Origin: Octopus bimaculoides
Taxonomy: Eukaryota
DNA length: 36,855 bases
NCBI RefSeq assembly: GCF_001194135.2
Contig: NC_069004.1
Span: 22,429,531 to 22,466,385 of the forward strand
Reading direction: 5' to 3'
Below the pieces are notes generated by a model that was not told where the DNA came from, made no database searches, and worked only from the letters and a program-made list of their open reading frames with translations. This document shows positions 22,111-34,277 of this stretch, piece after piece (within the stretch, counting starts at the first letter, position 1; every line of letters starts with the position of its first letter). Position numbers and translations under genes: made by a program.

Positions 22111-23388
22111 TCTTATATATTAAAAGGCAAGTTGTCTGTCTGTATGTTGTGTCAACCACTTCTACTCCTACAATTTTCAACTGAATTTCACCAATTTTGA
22201 CATGTGTGTTCTCTTTGACATAGGACGCTTTTATAATTTTTTCCTCAAAATTCCGTGACCCAACATAGACTACTCTCAATTCGCCTAGGATTTGGCTTGA
22301 GCCAGTGAAAAAACGTGACACACCCAGCTGGAAAAAATCATTACTTTACTGTGTCAGCTGTGGCGAGCTCTTATCGACTGCTTGCTCAGTACTGCCAGCA
22401 GCATTCATTTGTGAGTTAAAATTTGCCTCTGTTTTCACGTGACCGCTCTTTTTCATATAATTATTCCAACTTAAACTAACCACTTCAAAACTCTTACCCA
22501 AAATTAAAAATTTTTAATTCAGTCTGTTTGATTAACATTTTTGCCAACTACATTTTATTATTTTTTGCTTTTCCTTGGGACTTTTTCTATTGCGTAAACT
22601 GATAATTTTCCACCATACCTCGAGGCAAAAGGTCCAATATAGGTCGGCAAACAAATTCTGAAAGGAAAAGTAAACGTATGTATGCAAATGAATCTGCCGA
22701 GGTCGCCGGCAGGAGGAACTCTCTCAATGCACTTAGGATGGCTTTAGTGCAAAGAAGGGAAAGTGAAGAGCAGCGTTGTGATCGGTTGGCACGTTTTACT
22801 GCGCAATGAGCAGCCCAGAGCAATGAGCAACGTTCAGCATGCCGAACAAGAAATACTTCCTTTACTGCTGCTGCATGAGTTTCAGAGACTGCAGCACAAC
22901 ATACAGTTCGACTTTTAAGAGATGCTGCAGCAACTGCTGCTGTGCGCGCTACGGAGACTACCGGGGAAAGGCAACAACGACTGGAGGCTACAACTCAGCG
23001 AAGGGCTGCACGACGTTCCTACTCAAGGCCATGCTCCTCGCATTGGTCAATGACAGCATTCAACTACAATCCTACAATTGACTACAGTAATCACCCTGAT
23101 GTTCAAATAGGCTGCATGTCCACAATCTGCCAATTTTGCGGATTTTTCTCAAGCGGATATGTACCTGCAACTGCGCGTTCCAAATGACTTCCTCTGGTGC
23201 CAACATCATACGAGATAGGTATTTCATGCCTTCCTTTAAAGTGCAGGGGTAGATTTCCTATAGAATTGGTTCCCTGTAGCTGCATGATGCTGCCTTGCCT
23301 CAGTTTCTTCGGCTGTACTTCGTTGGAGACTGCGCTAACCAGGCATACTTAACAAACAGCCCCGGGCAACGCCGGGTACGCCTGCTTG
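22111..23388 (+). mobile_element. Non-autonomous (internally deleted) Helitron, 1278 bp
   Basis: Lies between A (22110) and T (23389); starts TC; subterminal hairpin CCCGG-GCAACG-CCGGG (23361-23376); ends CTTG (CTAG variant); no TSD; carries an N-terminal RepHel-like coding remnant. Confidence 0.85.
22615..23187 (+). pseudogene. N-terminal fragment of Helitron Rep/Hel protein
   Basis: A single frame from ccaccATA (lost ATG): PRGKRSNIGRQT... with E..EQR..RL-type repeats, then AFNYNPTIDYSNHPDVQIGCMSTICQFCG, typical of animal Helitron N-termini. Two in-frame TGA at 22807 and 22876. No Rep or helicase motifs remain. Confidence 0.75.
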
Positions 23389-23999
23389 TTATTAAGAAGA
23401 TAGTGGAATAAAAAGAGATAGAAGAGCATTGACAAAACTACCTCAAAGTTATTAGTTTTACATTTGGAGTTAAAATCATGGTGATCCTGACTTTTGTCTT
23501 TTATTATTCTAGGAGGTCAGGGTATAAGTACCAGTCATGTAGTGAGGTTGATCACATTTGACTATACATCTGTCTTTAAATTTGCGACTATAAATGCCAA
23601 TGTGAGAGATCATTATAAAAATCAGGCTGAATGCTTGTGTCTGTTTTGGTATTTCATTATCTTGAATTCAAATCTCACAGGGGCTCATTTTCATTTCCAT
23701 TCTCTTATGTTGATTTTAATCTTCAATGCTCCCAATATATTGATAAATTATTTCTGCATATTAATTCTAATGAAAAAAATAATCTTCATCTTAAACTGGA
23801 ATGCTTCCAACAAAAAGAGATTAGAAAAATGCATATTTTAATTATTTTAATTCTGTAAAATTAATTTGAGTGTCATATGAAAAAAAAAAGAAATTAAAAG
23901 AATTAATGAATTTTTCTTTTGAACAAATTTAATATCTTTTATATTTATTTAGTGTTCTATCCCCTTTCTTTCTTGTTAGATTGTGTTACATGTAATATT

Positions 24000-24231
24000 T
24001 ATTTCCTTATTGCCCACAAGGGGCTAAACATAGAAGGGACAAACAAGGACAGACAAAGGGATTAAGTCGATTACATCGACTCCAGTGCATAACTGGTAAT
24101 CATTTAATCGACCTCGAAAGAATGAAAGACAAAGTCGACCTTGGCGGAATTTGAACCCAGAATGTAGTGGCAGGCGAAATACCGCTAAGTATTTCACCTG
24201 GCATGCTAACGATTCTGCCAGTTCTCTACCA
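24000..24231 (-). mobile_element. Full-length SINE family B with 16-bp TSD
   Basis: TSD TGTTACATGTAATATT at 23984-23999 and 24232-24247; B-box GGTTCAAATTCC on the minus strand (~24146-24157). Confidence 0.9.
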
Positions 24232-24870
24232 TGTTACATGTAATATTATTCACATCTCATCACTGTCTCTTGTCTAGTCCATCTTGGAGTAAATAGATTC
24301 CACTGGAAAAGCTCAGAGCATCTGCATGGTTGCTTAACCTGCTACAAATAGCTGTTAAGTTTCCTTCAAATCACATCTTAGTATTGTAGTCCTAAATACA
24401 TCTGAAGAGGATGGTAAGTCATTAAAAGGAAAGTCTTTGACCATGGGGCTGCTTGATCAGAATTGACTTGCAAGTAAACAACTGAACTTTGGGATATAAA
24501 GCTTACTGGTTGTAAACAATAAGAAATATATCATTAGCTTCCTGTACAACGCTACATCTTCCTCCTCATCACTACTACTGTCATCAACATTGTCATCATG
24601 ATGATGATGCTGGAATGAGTCAGGTGAAACTTATTGAAGCAATTTTTTTTTCTATAGATGGATACTCTTCCTGTTGCTGTCTTTCATCTGTTTCCAAGTA
24701 AGGTACTATTTCTCCCAGTCCTATCAACAACATACTCAGTGGCTAAACATGCTTACCCAGCAGATTATAAACAATGACACTGTTATATGACACATTTTTT
24801 TAAGCAGAGTATAAATGTCAAGATAAGAAGATACATAGTCACACACACACACAAATGACAGTCTTCTTAA

Positions 24871-25090
24871 CCCTTTTGATGTCAGCTCACTTGAAACTGT
24901 CCCAGGTTCTATAACATAAACTTCACTGTTTTAAAGTACTCTAAATTACATAACCTTCCATCAAAATTTTATGCTAATTTGTTCCAGGCCCCAACTTAAT
25001 GAGAAAGTTATTTTACAAGATGCTTCATTATTTTAAAAATTAATTGAAGCAAAGGCAGCATATGTTAACTAGAATATGGTAATGAAACAG
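24871..25090. mobile_element. TTAA-flanked MITE (family M2)
   Basis: TTAA (24867-24870) CCCTTTTGA ... TGAAACAG TTAA (25091-25094); the right TIR is degenerate. Confidence 0.6.
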
Positions 25091-25842
25091 TTAAAGTTTC
25101 CATCTATTAGTTTGTTAGCCTGAGCCCATTCTAGAAGGTACCATTGAAATACAAGAGCCCAAAACTAGATTTTTCACTCATCACGGCAACTAAACTCATT
25201 AATATTCAGTGAACTCTGTCTCTACTGTAATAATAGCAAGTTAATATAGGAATGGTGTGACAGGAGTGGAATATAGTGCCACATCCTAATTTCTTTTCTG
25301 TTTCAATTTGTCATCTGATTCACTCTTGCCCTTCTATAGTGATGATTTATCATTTTTTGGTCACAGTTGTTAATCAGAAAAATTTAAACTAAAATCATAA
25401 TTGAAACTATATTTATTGAATGACTTCTACTGATCAGTCTCTATTTAGATATGATCATTAGTTTGTATAGGCATTGCTATAGGTGCATGCATGGCTGTGT
25501 AGTTAAGAAGCTTGCTTTGCAACTGCATGGTTTTGGGTTCAATCTGACTGACTATGCAACACCATAACCCTTTAGCAACACCTTAAACCGACCATGTCTG
25601 GCCAAACTATTCTACCCATTCTTTATTCAAACTGGCCATATCCAGCCTCTCACTCCTACCCTATAATGTCATTCTAAAAATAAGTAATCACAGGTGCCGG
25701 CACGGCTTCCCAACTACAAAGTTTTGGGTTCAGTCCCACTGCTTGGCAACTTGGTCAAGTGTCTTTTTCTATAGCCCCAGGCCAACCAAAGCCTTGTGAG
25801 TAGATTTGTTAGACAAAATCTGAAAGAACCCCATCATATATC

Positions 25843-27104
25843 CAGGGGTTGGACAAAATAATGGAAACACCTAGCGTCATAGCATCGTAATTTTGAAATA
25901 TCTATAAAACCGTCAAAAGCTTGTTTATTTTTATATTTTTTGATTTATTATTAGTGTTGCTTAATATGTTTTGCTAAAATTGCTGTTTCTTTTCAGATAT
26001 CATCAGAAAAAGGTAATTAGAATTCATTAAAATGACAGATCTATTGGACTTTCAAAGAGGTCAAATTGTTGGTGCTCATATGGCAGGTGCTAGTGTAACA
26101 AAAACAGCCGAAATGTTTGGTGTATCAAGAAGTACTGTCTTGATAGCCTTTGAGAAAGAAGGAAAACCTTGTTGAAACAAAACTCCGCAAGAAAACCAAA
26201 ACTTTCAGATAGGGACTGTCGGACTCTTATGCAAATTGTTAGAAAGGATCACAAAAGTACAGTTCCCAAAATTACTGCAGAGCTTAATGACCACCTCAAG
26301 GACCCAGTTTCCACAAAAACTGTTCGCCGGGAGATGCACAAAGCCGGATTTCACAAGAGGGCTGCAATTAGAAAACCGCTACTTTCAAAAACAAACATTG
26401 CAAAGCATTTAGAGTAGAGTAAAAAACTACGGAATTGGTCCCTAGAGTAGTGGAAGAATGTTATTTTCTCAGACGAGTCATCCTTTACCTTATTTCCGAC
26501 CACCTGCCAAGTATACGTGTGGAGATAGCCAAAAGAAGCATTTGACCCAGACTGCCTTCTTCCAACTGTAAAACATGGAGGAGGATCTGTGATGATCTGG
26601 GGGGGCTGTATCTTGGAAATCTGCTGGCCTAATGGTTTCCCTTCATGGCAGAATTAATAGTCAAGACTATTTAAGCATTTTATCTGGTCAAATTAATCCT
26701 ATGGTTGCGGAACTGTTTCCGGGGGAGAAATGCAATCTTTCAGTATGATAATGCACCAATTCATACAGCTAAAGTTGTTACTGAATGGCACGAGGAACAT
26801 TCTAGGGAAGTTGAACATCTTGTCTGGCCACCACAGTCCCTAGATCTCAATATTATTGAATATTTATGGTGCATCTTAGAAAAACAAGTAAGGAGTCGAT
26901 ATCCTCCACCATCATCACTACAAGAACTGGAGACTGTTTTAGCTGAAGAATGTACAAAAATTCCTTTGGAAACAATTCAAACTTTGTATGAGTCCATACC
27001 TCGTAGAATTCAAGCTGTAATTACAGCGAAAGGCAGTCCTACCCCATATTGAAATAAATTTGTTTGAAATTTTAAGGAGTTTCCATTATTTTGTCCAACC
27101 CCTG
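25843..27104 (+). mobile_element. Full-length Tc1-like transposon (1262 bp), DD36E spacing
   Basis: 30-bp TIRs CAGGGGTTGGACAAAATAATGGAAAC(A/T)CCT with 1 mismatch; TA at the right flank, TC (mutated TA) at the left flank. Confidence 0.95.
26032..27052 (+). pseudogene. Tc1-family transposase pseudogene
   Basis: MTDLLDFQRGQIVGAHMAGASVTKTAEMFGVSRSTV (paired-like HTH); NSARKPKL; VIFSDESSF; KHGGGSVMIWG; QYDNAPIH...WPPQSLDLNIIEYLW; TAKGSPTPY*. Several stops and frameshifts. Confidence 0.95.
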
Positions 27105-28068
27105 TATATGTGTGTGTGTCATTGTGTTTGTCCCCCACCACTATTTGACAACCATTGTTGGTGTGTTTACAGCCCCAGGTCGTTTCAGTCTACTAGAAAG
27201 AAAGAATTTCAAGGTGGTGTCCCAGCAGAGATGCAATCCAATAACTGAAATATGTAAAAGAGACATCATCAAAATCTTGAAGCTACAAATTAAATACATG
27301 ATTATTCAAAACCGTGTGAATAAATAAGCATTACATTTGAGAGAGTAATCTGAACGTTAAAAGGTTAAGCAAGTCACTTCTGCTTTAGATTTAGGTTGAC
27401 CAATGCCTTGTGAATGAATTCGGTAGATGAAAACTTTTTGGAAGCCCATCATGCGTGTATGTATCTTTGCTTGACAACTGGTGTTGGTTAATTCATGTCC
27501 ATATAACTTAACAGTTTGACCAAAGACTGATAGAATAAATGCCAAACTTAGAGAAGTACTGGGGTTAGTTTGTCTAAGCTTGTGTAAGTGGTTCCCCCAT
27601 TATGATCATGATCCAATGACTGAAGTAGGAAAAGAAAGATATGATCAAAGAGCAGAGCAGTTTGATGTTTGGAGTTGTTTATTCATTTGAAAGAGAGAAA
27701 GATATTTTTTCTGCTCTGTCACTGTGTGGTAAGAAGTTTACTTCCCAACATCACAGTTCTGGGTTCAATCTCACAATCACTTTAATTACATAAAGAGGAG
27801 TCGGAGTCAAAGTCAAACCTTTTTTGTTTCAACTCCACAACCCTGGTTAAATGATGTGAGTGTGTTTCTGTTTGTCCCCTACTCCCGCTTGACAACTGAT
27901 GCGAGTGTATTTATGTCCCTGTAACATAACAGTTTAGGAAAATAGACTGATAAAATAAGTACCAGGCTTAAAAAAAGAAAGCAAAATAAATACTGGGGTA
28001 AATTCATTCAGCTAAAATTCAAGTTCATACTCCAGCATGGCAGCAGTCTAATCTTACTGAAACAAGTA

Positions 28069-28072
<4 letters not shown>

Positions 28073-28116
<44 letters not shown>
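28073..28116. repeat. (TA)n microsatellite
   Basis: Direct observation. Confidence 0.95.
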
Positions 28117-28118
<2 letters not shown>

Positions 28119-28463
28119 CTGGTAGAGGTTGAATGGGTCATCAAAGTCCAGGTTAGATCTTATTCAGTGCTATTGTTCCCCTAGACTCCTTGTACGTTTC
28201 GTCTTTGCTCTATACACACACCCACACACAAAATGGAGTTTCTGTGCAGTTACTAGAGCTTGTAGAAATAGCATTCTACTTTATAAGAAATGGTCAAACT
28301 GGATAATGTAATTCTCAGTGTAAAGAACCCGGAAAGAATGGGATGGTCATGGCTGGAACGCCTTTGGTCATTCAAAAAGTTTTTGTTTTCCAGTTGTGTA
28401 AGTTCCAGATACAGGTAAAATAAAATCATTTTAAATGAGAATTTAAACCATGTTGTGAACTTT

Positions 28464-28866
28464 GGAGTGGCTGTGTGGTAAGTAGCTTGCATACCAACCA
28501 CATGGTTCCAGGTTCAATCCCACTGTGTGGCACCTTGGGCAAGTGTCTTCTACTATAGCCTCGGGCTGACCAAAGCCTTGTGAGTGGATTTGGTAGGCGG
28601 AAACTGAAAGAAGCCCCTCATATATATGTATATATGTATGTGTGTATATATGGTTATGTCTGTGTTTGCCCCCCCCTCCCACAACATTGCTTGACAACTG
28701 ATGCTGGTGTGTTTACATCCCCGTAATTTAGTGGTTCGGCAAAAGAGAACGATAGAATAAGTACTAGGCTTACAAAGAATAAGTCCTGGGGTCGATTTGC
28801 TCGACTAAAGGCAGTATTCCTGCATGGCCGCAGTCAAATGACTGAAACAAGTAAAAGAGTAAAGAG
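28464..28866 (+). mobile_element. Near full-length tRNA-derived SINE family A
   Basis: A-box-like TGGCTGTGTGG, B-box GGTTCAATCCC (28511-28521), CORE-like ACCTTGGGCAAGTGTC segment and GTAAAAGAG tail repeats. Confidence 0.9.
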
Positions 28867-29539
28867 TATATGCATCTCGTCTACTTTCTTGTGTTTACTA
28901 CATCATCAACATCACCACCACCATTATTATCATTTTACATCCAGTTTCCACACTGGCATGGGTTGGACAGTTCATGACACTCTGAGTCAGTTCTTAGTTA
29001 GAGACCCTAGTACCATCTTGCTTATGGTCTTTCTACTAGAAAATTTTGTTGTTCTTGCATTCACAGACATTGAGTAAATCAGCAGTACAATGGAAAGGAA
29101 GGTGCAGTCAGAAGTAGCAGTTTGAGAAACTGTTAGACATGTATTGAGAGAGAAAAACAATTTTTTTTTTTTTTTTTTGAGGTATCTAAGCATTATTTAG
29201 ATGTGTGTGTCTAATAAATAATTGCAACAGAACAAAGTCTGCTTCAGGCCTTAAGGTCACATTCACCCATTGTTTATCTTCGGAATCAATATTTTCAGAT
29301 GTAACTCAAATCAAAACATTCACTTAGAAGACCATCTAAAGCTATGTTTCGCTATGTTAGAATCAGAAATATGTAATTCCTTTCTGAATTAGAAATTACC
29401 AAAATTATCATTACATGGCTTCAGTTTTGCCCTTAATGTTGATTCATTTGTTAACTAAATTGAATGAATAAGTAGATAAATGTTTATTTATTGTATTTTT
29501 ATATACCAAATTATATTACCAATATCACTAGTTTTCGTC

Positions 29540-29960
29540 ATCGTAATCATCATTTAATGTTCGTTTTCCAGGAAGGCATGCATTGAATGGTTTGACAAGA
29601 GCTAGCAAGCCAGAGGACTGCAAGTTCCAATGTCTTCCTTGGTATGGTTTTTATGGTTGGATGCCCTTCCTAATGCCAATCTCTTTACAAAGTGTACTAG
29701 GTACTTTTTATGTAGCACCAGCACTATTGAGGTCACCAGGTAACTCATCAGATAAGATCTCTCAACAGTGGGGGTTGTATTGAGGGAGGTAACTTTATGC
29801 CAGATGATGAGAGGTTAAATGTGACAGGAACAGGTGTCTTACTTTAGGAGAAAGATCTGGTTACTCCAGCTGGAAGGGAAAGAGGAAGGTGGCGAAGAGG
29901 TATCAGAACATACCCTCAAATTACAAGGAAGGTGAATAAAAAAGAAGTGGTATTAGTGCT
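29540..29960 (-). mobile_element. Degraded LINE (RTE-like) 3' fragment
   Basis: Begins with a (CAT)n-like tail CATCGTAATCATCATTTAATGTTCGTTTTCCA and contains TTTTTATGGTTGGATGCCCTTCCTAATGCCAA, shared with 18625-18800 and 33370-33470. Confidence 0.55.
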
Positions 29961-31654
29961 TTTGTATGTTGTCAGTGTTTATATATTACCAGGATTTATG
30001 TCTTCATAGGTTACCAGTTTTTATGATTTTGTGTATGTTATCCATCTTTGATGTCTATATATTGGTCATTAAATGTTTTCTAAAAGGCCTGACAGTATGA
30101 CAACTTTCCTGTTCTATTGTGGTAGGCCCCTCATCTGGGATGACACCTCCAGCTATGATATCTCCAGTGGCAACTTGGTGTGTTCAGTTATAAGCTCAAG
30201 GTCTACTGATTTTCCAGGCTGAGAAAAGCAAATTGTCAAGATATCGGTCACTCCCTGACAGGTTTTGGGTTGAGCCTTTGGTGGTAGAGGCCTCTTGTGT
30301 TCTTGATCTCCGGACCATATTCTTGCTCACTGCTATCAGAATGGAGATGGCTATTCATAAGTGTAAGTCCCGTGAGTCAGAGTGGCCATTCCAGTGCATG
30401 TCCCTCATTGTCCCCCAGGAAATTGTATGTTCCACACTTTAATATAAAGTTACTTCACATAAACTACTCTGCTGCCACCTCTACAAACTTTTCCTCTGTG
30501 TTTAGCCTATCTATAAACTTAATCCATTGTCTAGTTTTAATATCACCATCTGGCCCTTGATTGCCTTAGTGGAGTCTTCTATGTTGTGAGCATTTGAGTC
30601 AGGTCTCTAGTTTGAAGATACTTTCCTTCCACTCTCCTCCTCACCATCTTTGAGGTCTCTGTATGGGATCATGGATACTGTTTTTCTCCTGGGTGAGCCA
30701 TAAAAAAAAATTTCTACCACATACATAGATAAAAAGTAGCAGCAGCAGCATCAACCTTATTATCCACAAACACTGCACCAAGATGCACACCACCAAAGAT
30801 ATGTGCAGAAGAGCAGAGTGATGACTGCTGTGTCTCTATAAGGACTACTTTTGCCCATCTCTGCTGTGGCTACTACCAGAATGAACAAACATATTCCAGC
30901 CAATTTGGGAGACCCTGTGAGGTCACTGGTTTTGCTAGAAATAGCAGCTAAATCTCCAAGTCACGTGCTACCATCTTAAGTACAAAAAGGGTACATTGGA
31001 TTATGTAGTCCCTGATATAAAAAAGAACAAAATGGTTATGGCTAGAATGTCTTTGATTATAAGTCTACTTTATCCAGGACCTAACTGGGGCTAAACAACA
31101 ATAGCAGGAAGCACAGGGAACAAAATGAAAAGGGAGACAAATGCAACTTACTTGGACTGTCACACTCACCACCCTGTGCAATAAACTACCTTGTCAGAAT
31201 GTATAGTATGATCCATCAGCAAATGGAGGCATAGAATATTTGCAACAGTGGATTGGCAATGAGTCAGACCTAGTTATTCTACCATCTATCTGCAAGCCAA
31301 TAAGAAAGCCTCTATGGAAAATTCCATTCACATTGAACACACAAATTGTACAAGTGACTCTGCTAAATCTTCCTCATATCACTTAAAAAAAGACATGGCT
31401 GGATAATTTGGTTCTAGTTTCTCAGCACATGCAAAAGACAAGATGGTGACAACTGGAATAACTCTGATCATAGATATGCTCAATTGGGTCTGACCTGCAG
31501 CTAAACAACAACAACAGATGACTTAATTTTACATACCATTTAACCAACAGTAACAACATTAGTAATATATGTACCAATGCCAACATAACTTTGTTGAGTT
31601 TCACAGAGAGTTTATCATACCCCTGTCCTTACACATTTTTGTTTATCAATATTA

Positions 31655-31775
31655 TCACACCAATACTACTACTATTACCACCACTATAACTATCACAACT
31701 ACCATCAACAATAACAATGCTATCACAGCTACTACCACTAGCAACACTATCATAACCACCACAACAAAAACAGTC
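31655..31775. repeat. Low-complexity ACT/ACC/AAC trinucleotide tract
   Basis: Direct observation; source of the Thr/Asn-rich ORF 31569-31790. Confidence 0.85.
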
Positions 31776-32134
31776 TCACTTTCACACTGAAACATTTCCC
31801 TACCACCTCTCCCCACCTCCACCATTAGCACGCTGCCAATACCACCTGTACAACTTCTCAGGTTGAATGGAATCTTTCTTAATTCTGTACAAGTTAATTT
31901 TTTTAACTTGGCTCTAAAATAATTTCCTGGACTTTAAACCCCCAGAGAGAACACGGTTCAAATGAAATTGAAATCCCTTCATTGTTTGTTATTGTTCAGC
32001 CTGAAGTCAGTCCTGATTAAGTTGGCCTATGATCAAAAGTCATTCCTGACATGACCACCATGCCTTCTTTTTATGAGAGAATAGTGTGTAACTTGAGGGA
32101 GATTTCATTACTGTTTGTAACAGGTCAGGCAACT

Positions 32135-32531
32135 ATTCTTTTATTCTTTTACTTGTTTCAGTCATTTGACTGTGGCCGTGCTGGAGCACCGCCTTTAGTC
32201 AAGCAAATCGATCCCAGGACTTATTCTTTTGTAAGCCTAGTACTTATTCTATCATTCTCTTTTGCCGAACCACTAAGTTACGGGGACATAAACGCAACAG
32301 CATCGGTTGTCAAGCAATGTTGGTGGGGACAAACACAGACATACAAACATATACACACACATACATATATACGATGGGCTTCTTTCAGTTTCCGTCTACC
32401 AAATATACTCACAACTCTTTGGTCGGCCCGAGGCTATAGTAGAAGACACTTGCCCAAGGTGCCATGCAGTGGGATTGAACCTGTAACCATGTGGTTGGTA
32501 AGCAAGCTACTTACCACATAGCCACGCCTGC
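32135..32531 (-). mobile_element. Full-length SINE family A
   Basis: Reverse complement of 28464-28866 along its length. Confidence 0.9.
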
Positions 32532-32899
32532 ACTTGTATGTACAGGGTTTCTCATTAGCTTTACGGCAAGGATTTTATACTTTGTAAGCCCTACACTAGC
32601 AAGATGTTTATGCATAGAATAAATTCAGGGACTCAGTCATGGTTTAATAAGCTTCAACTTACTATTTGGCATTTTAGATAAATGTCTTCTACCACACTCA
32701 GATTAATGAATATCTTGTGAAATTTGGTAGAGAGATCCTGTAAAGAAGCTTGTTATATCATCATCATTCATCATTTACATATCTGTTTCTACACTAACAT
32801 CGGTTGGGTAGATTTCACATTCAAACTTAGTTTTTAACTGGAATTGCTGTCTTCCTACACAGGTCAGAAGATTACCATATTTGATGGCATATAAAATTA

Positions 32900-33172
32900 T
32901 CTTTATATCTTTTTTCTGTTTCAGTCATTAGACTGTGACCATGCCGGGGCATCGCCTTGAAGAAGTTTTAGCGGAATGAATTAACCCCCAGTACTTATTT
33001 TACACACACACAGAGGCTTCTTTCAGTTTCCATCTACCAAATCCATTCACAAGGCTTTGGTTGGCCCGAAGTTAAAGTAAAAGACACTTGCCTAATGTGC
33101 CACACAGTTGGACTGAGCTTGGAACCATGTCATTGGGAAGCAAACTTCTTACCTCACAGCCATGCTTGCACC
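32900..33172 (-). mobile_element. SINE family A, internally deleted
   Basis: Tail and head regions are present; the central segment is missing relative to 32135-32531. Confidence 0.75.
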
Positions 33173-33516
33173 TGTACATTTTTTCTAAAAATACATCTCA
33201 AAAGATCACTCCAGCCCTACATGCTAAAGTTGGGCCTCCCATAAGCTTTAATGCACTAAAAACTATTTTTATGAATATGTACTGCTGGAATTGGGGTGCA
33301 TCTAATATGCCTGTACATGTTTCATACCATCAAATATGGTATATCTCGCTCATACATTCCATTTTCATCATGGTTTCTATAGCTGGATGACCTTCCTAAC
33401 AATAACAACCACATTACCTAGTGTGATGATTGCATTTCATTGTGGCATTATCACTAGAGGTGCAGTCTTGTCCTTGGTGGGACTAATGAGTCCTCTCTAT
33501 CTGTAAATCTCTCTAT

Positions 33517-33872
33517 ACTCTTTACCCTTTTACTTGTTTCAGTCATTTGACTGCAGCCATGCTGGAGCACCACCTTTAGTCAAGCAAATTAACCCCAGGA
33601 CTTATTCTTTGTAAGCCTAGTACTTATTCTATCGGTCTCTTTTGCTCAACTGCTAAGTTACGGGGATGTAAACACACCAGCATCGGTTGTCAAGCGATGT
33701 TGGGAGTACAGACACACACACACACACATATAAATATACATATATACGACAGGCTTCTTTCAGTTTCCGTCTACCAAATCCACTCACAATGCTTTGGTCA
33801 GCCCGAGTGGGAATGAACCCGGAACCATGTGGTTAGTAAGCAAGCTACTTAGCACACACCCATTCCTGTGCC
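33517..33872 (-). mobile_element. SINE family A with deletion of the CORE-like segment
   Basis: GCCCGAG is joined directly to TGGGAATGAACCC, lacking about 38 bp present in 32135-32531. Confidence 0.9.
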
Positions 33873-34214
33873 TATGCATACAAATCTACATGCAATGAAA
33901 ACCTGTACATTGAAGCAGAAATATCTGATGTAATTTTTATTTGACTAAGTCATCTCTTCAGTTTGCATTTTGTATTCTATGAAAATTAAGTAAGCACCAG
34001 AAAAAGTACTAGGGTCAATCTAATTGGCCAAAAACCTTGAAAAGGTAGTGGTCCAGTATAGCCACATCCCAATGAATGAAACCATCAAAAAGAATAAAAC
34101 AGTATGTCCTGTGCTATGACATGTAATTTTTGTTGGAATCTTTGATGGCAAATAGTTTTTGTTGTTTAGCTTGGAAGTCTTTTTATTCATGTGCTGACAC
34201 TTCTTGATAAGGAG

Positions 34215-34220
<6 letters not shown>

Positions 34221-34254
<34 letters not shown>

Positions 34255-34277
34255 TGTGTGTGTGTGTGTGTGTGTGT
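34221..34277. repeat. (GA)n(GT)n compound microsatellite
   Basis: Direct observation. Confidence 0.95.

Larger units (their letters stand above)
25693..27262 (+). mobile_element. Inner SINE family A, split by the Tc1 element
   Basis: Head with B-box GGTTCAGTCCC at 25727-25737, interrupted in its TA-rich linker at 25842 and resuming at 27105 through to the GTAAAAGAG tail at 27262. Confidence 0.85.
25568..27364. mobile_element. piggyBac-like MITE M1, split at AATCACA|TCATC
   Basis: The left part (25568-25692) and right part (27263-27364) join to give the sequence of the intact copy at 21101-21320; flanks are ATAA / TTAA. Confidence 0.85.
25482..27640 (+). mobile_element. Outer SINE family A, split by nested insertions
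   Basis: Head 25482-25563 ending GCAACACC, resuming at 27369 GCAAGTCACTTC. The reconstituted CACC-TTAA-GCAAG matches CACCTTGGGCAAG in intact copies. Confidence 0.75.

Noticed and set aside
25447-27647. AGATATGATCA repeated at 25447-25457 and 27637-27647 as a possible TSD of the outer SINE
   Set aside because: The left copy lies about 24 bp from the SINE head, so it is not a directly abutting TSD.
28464-28530. tRNA-like A/B boxes as a tRNA gene
   Set aside because: This is a SINE head; there is no complete cloverleaf and it continues into the SINE body.
32051-32521. 156-aa ORF
   Set aside because: Entirely antisense to a SINE family A copy; the same pseudo-peptide recurs at other copies (28443-28697, 34780-34895).
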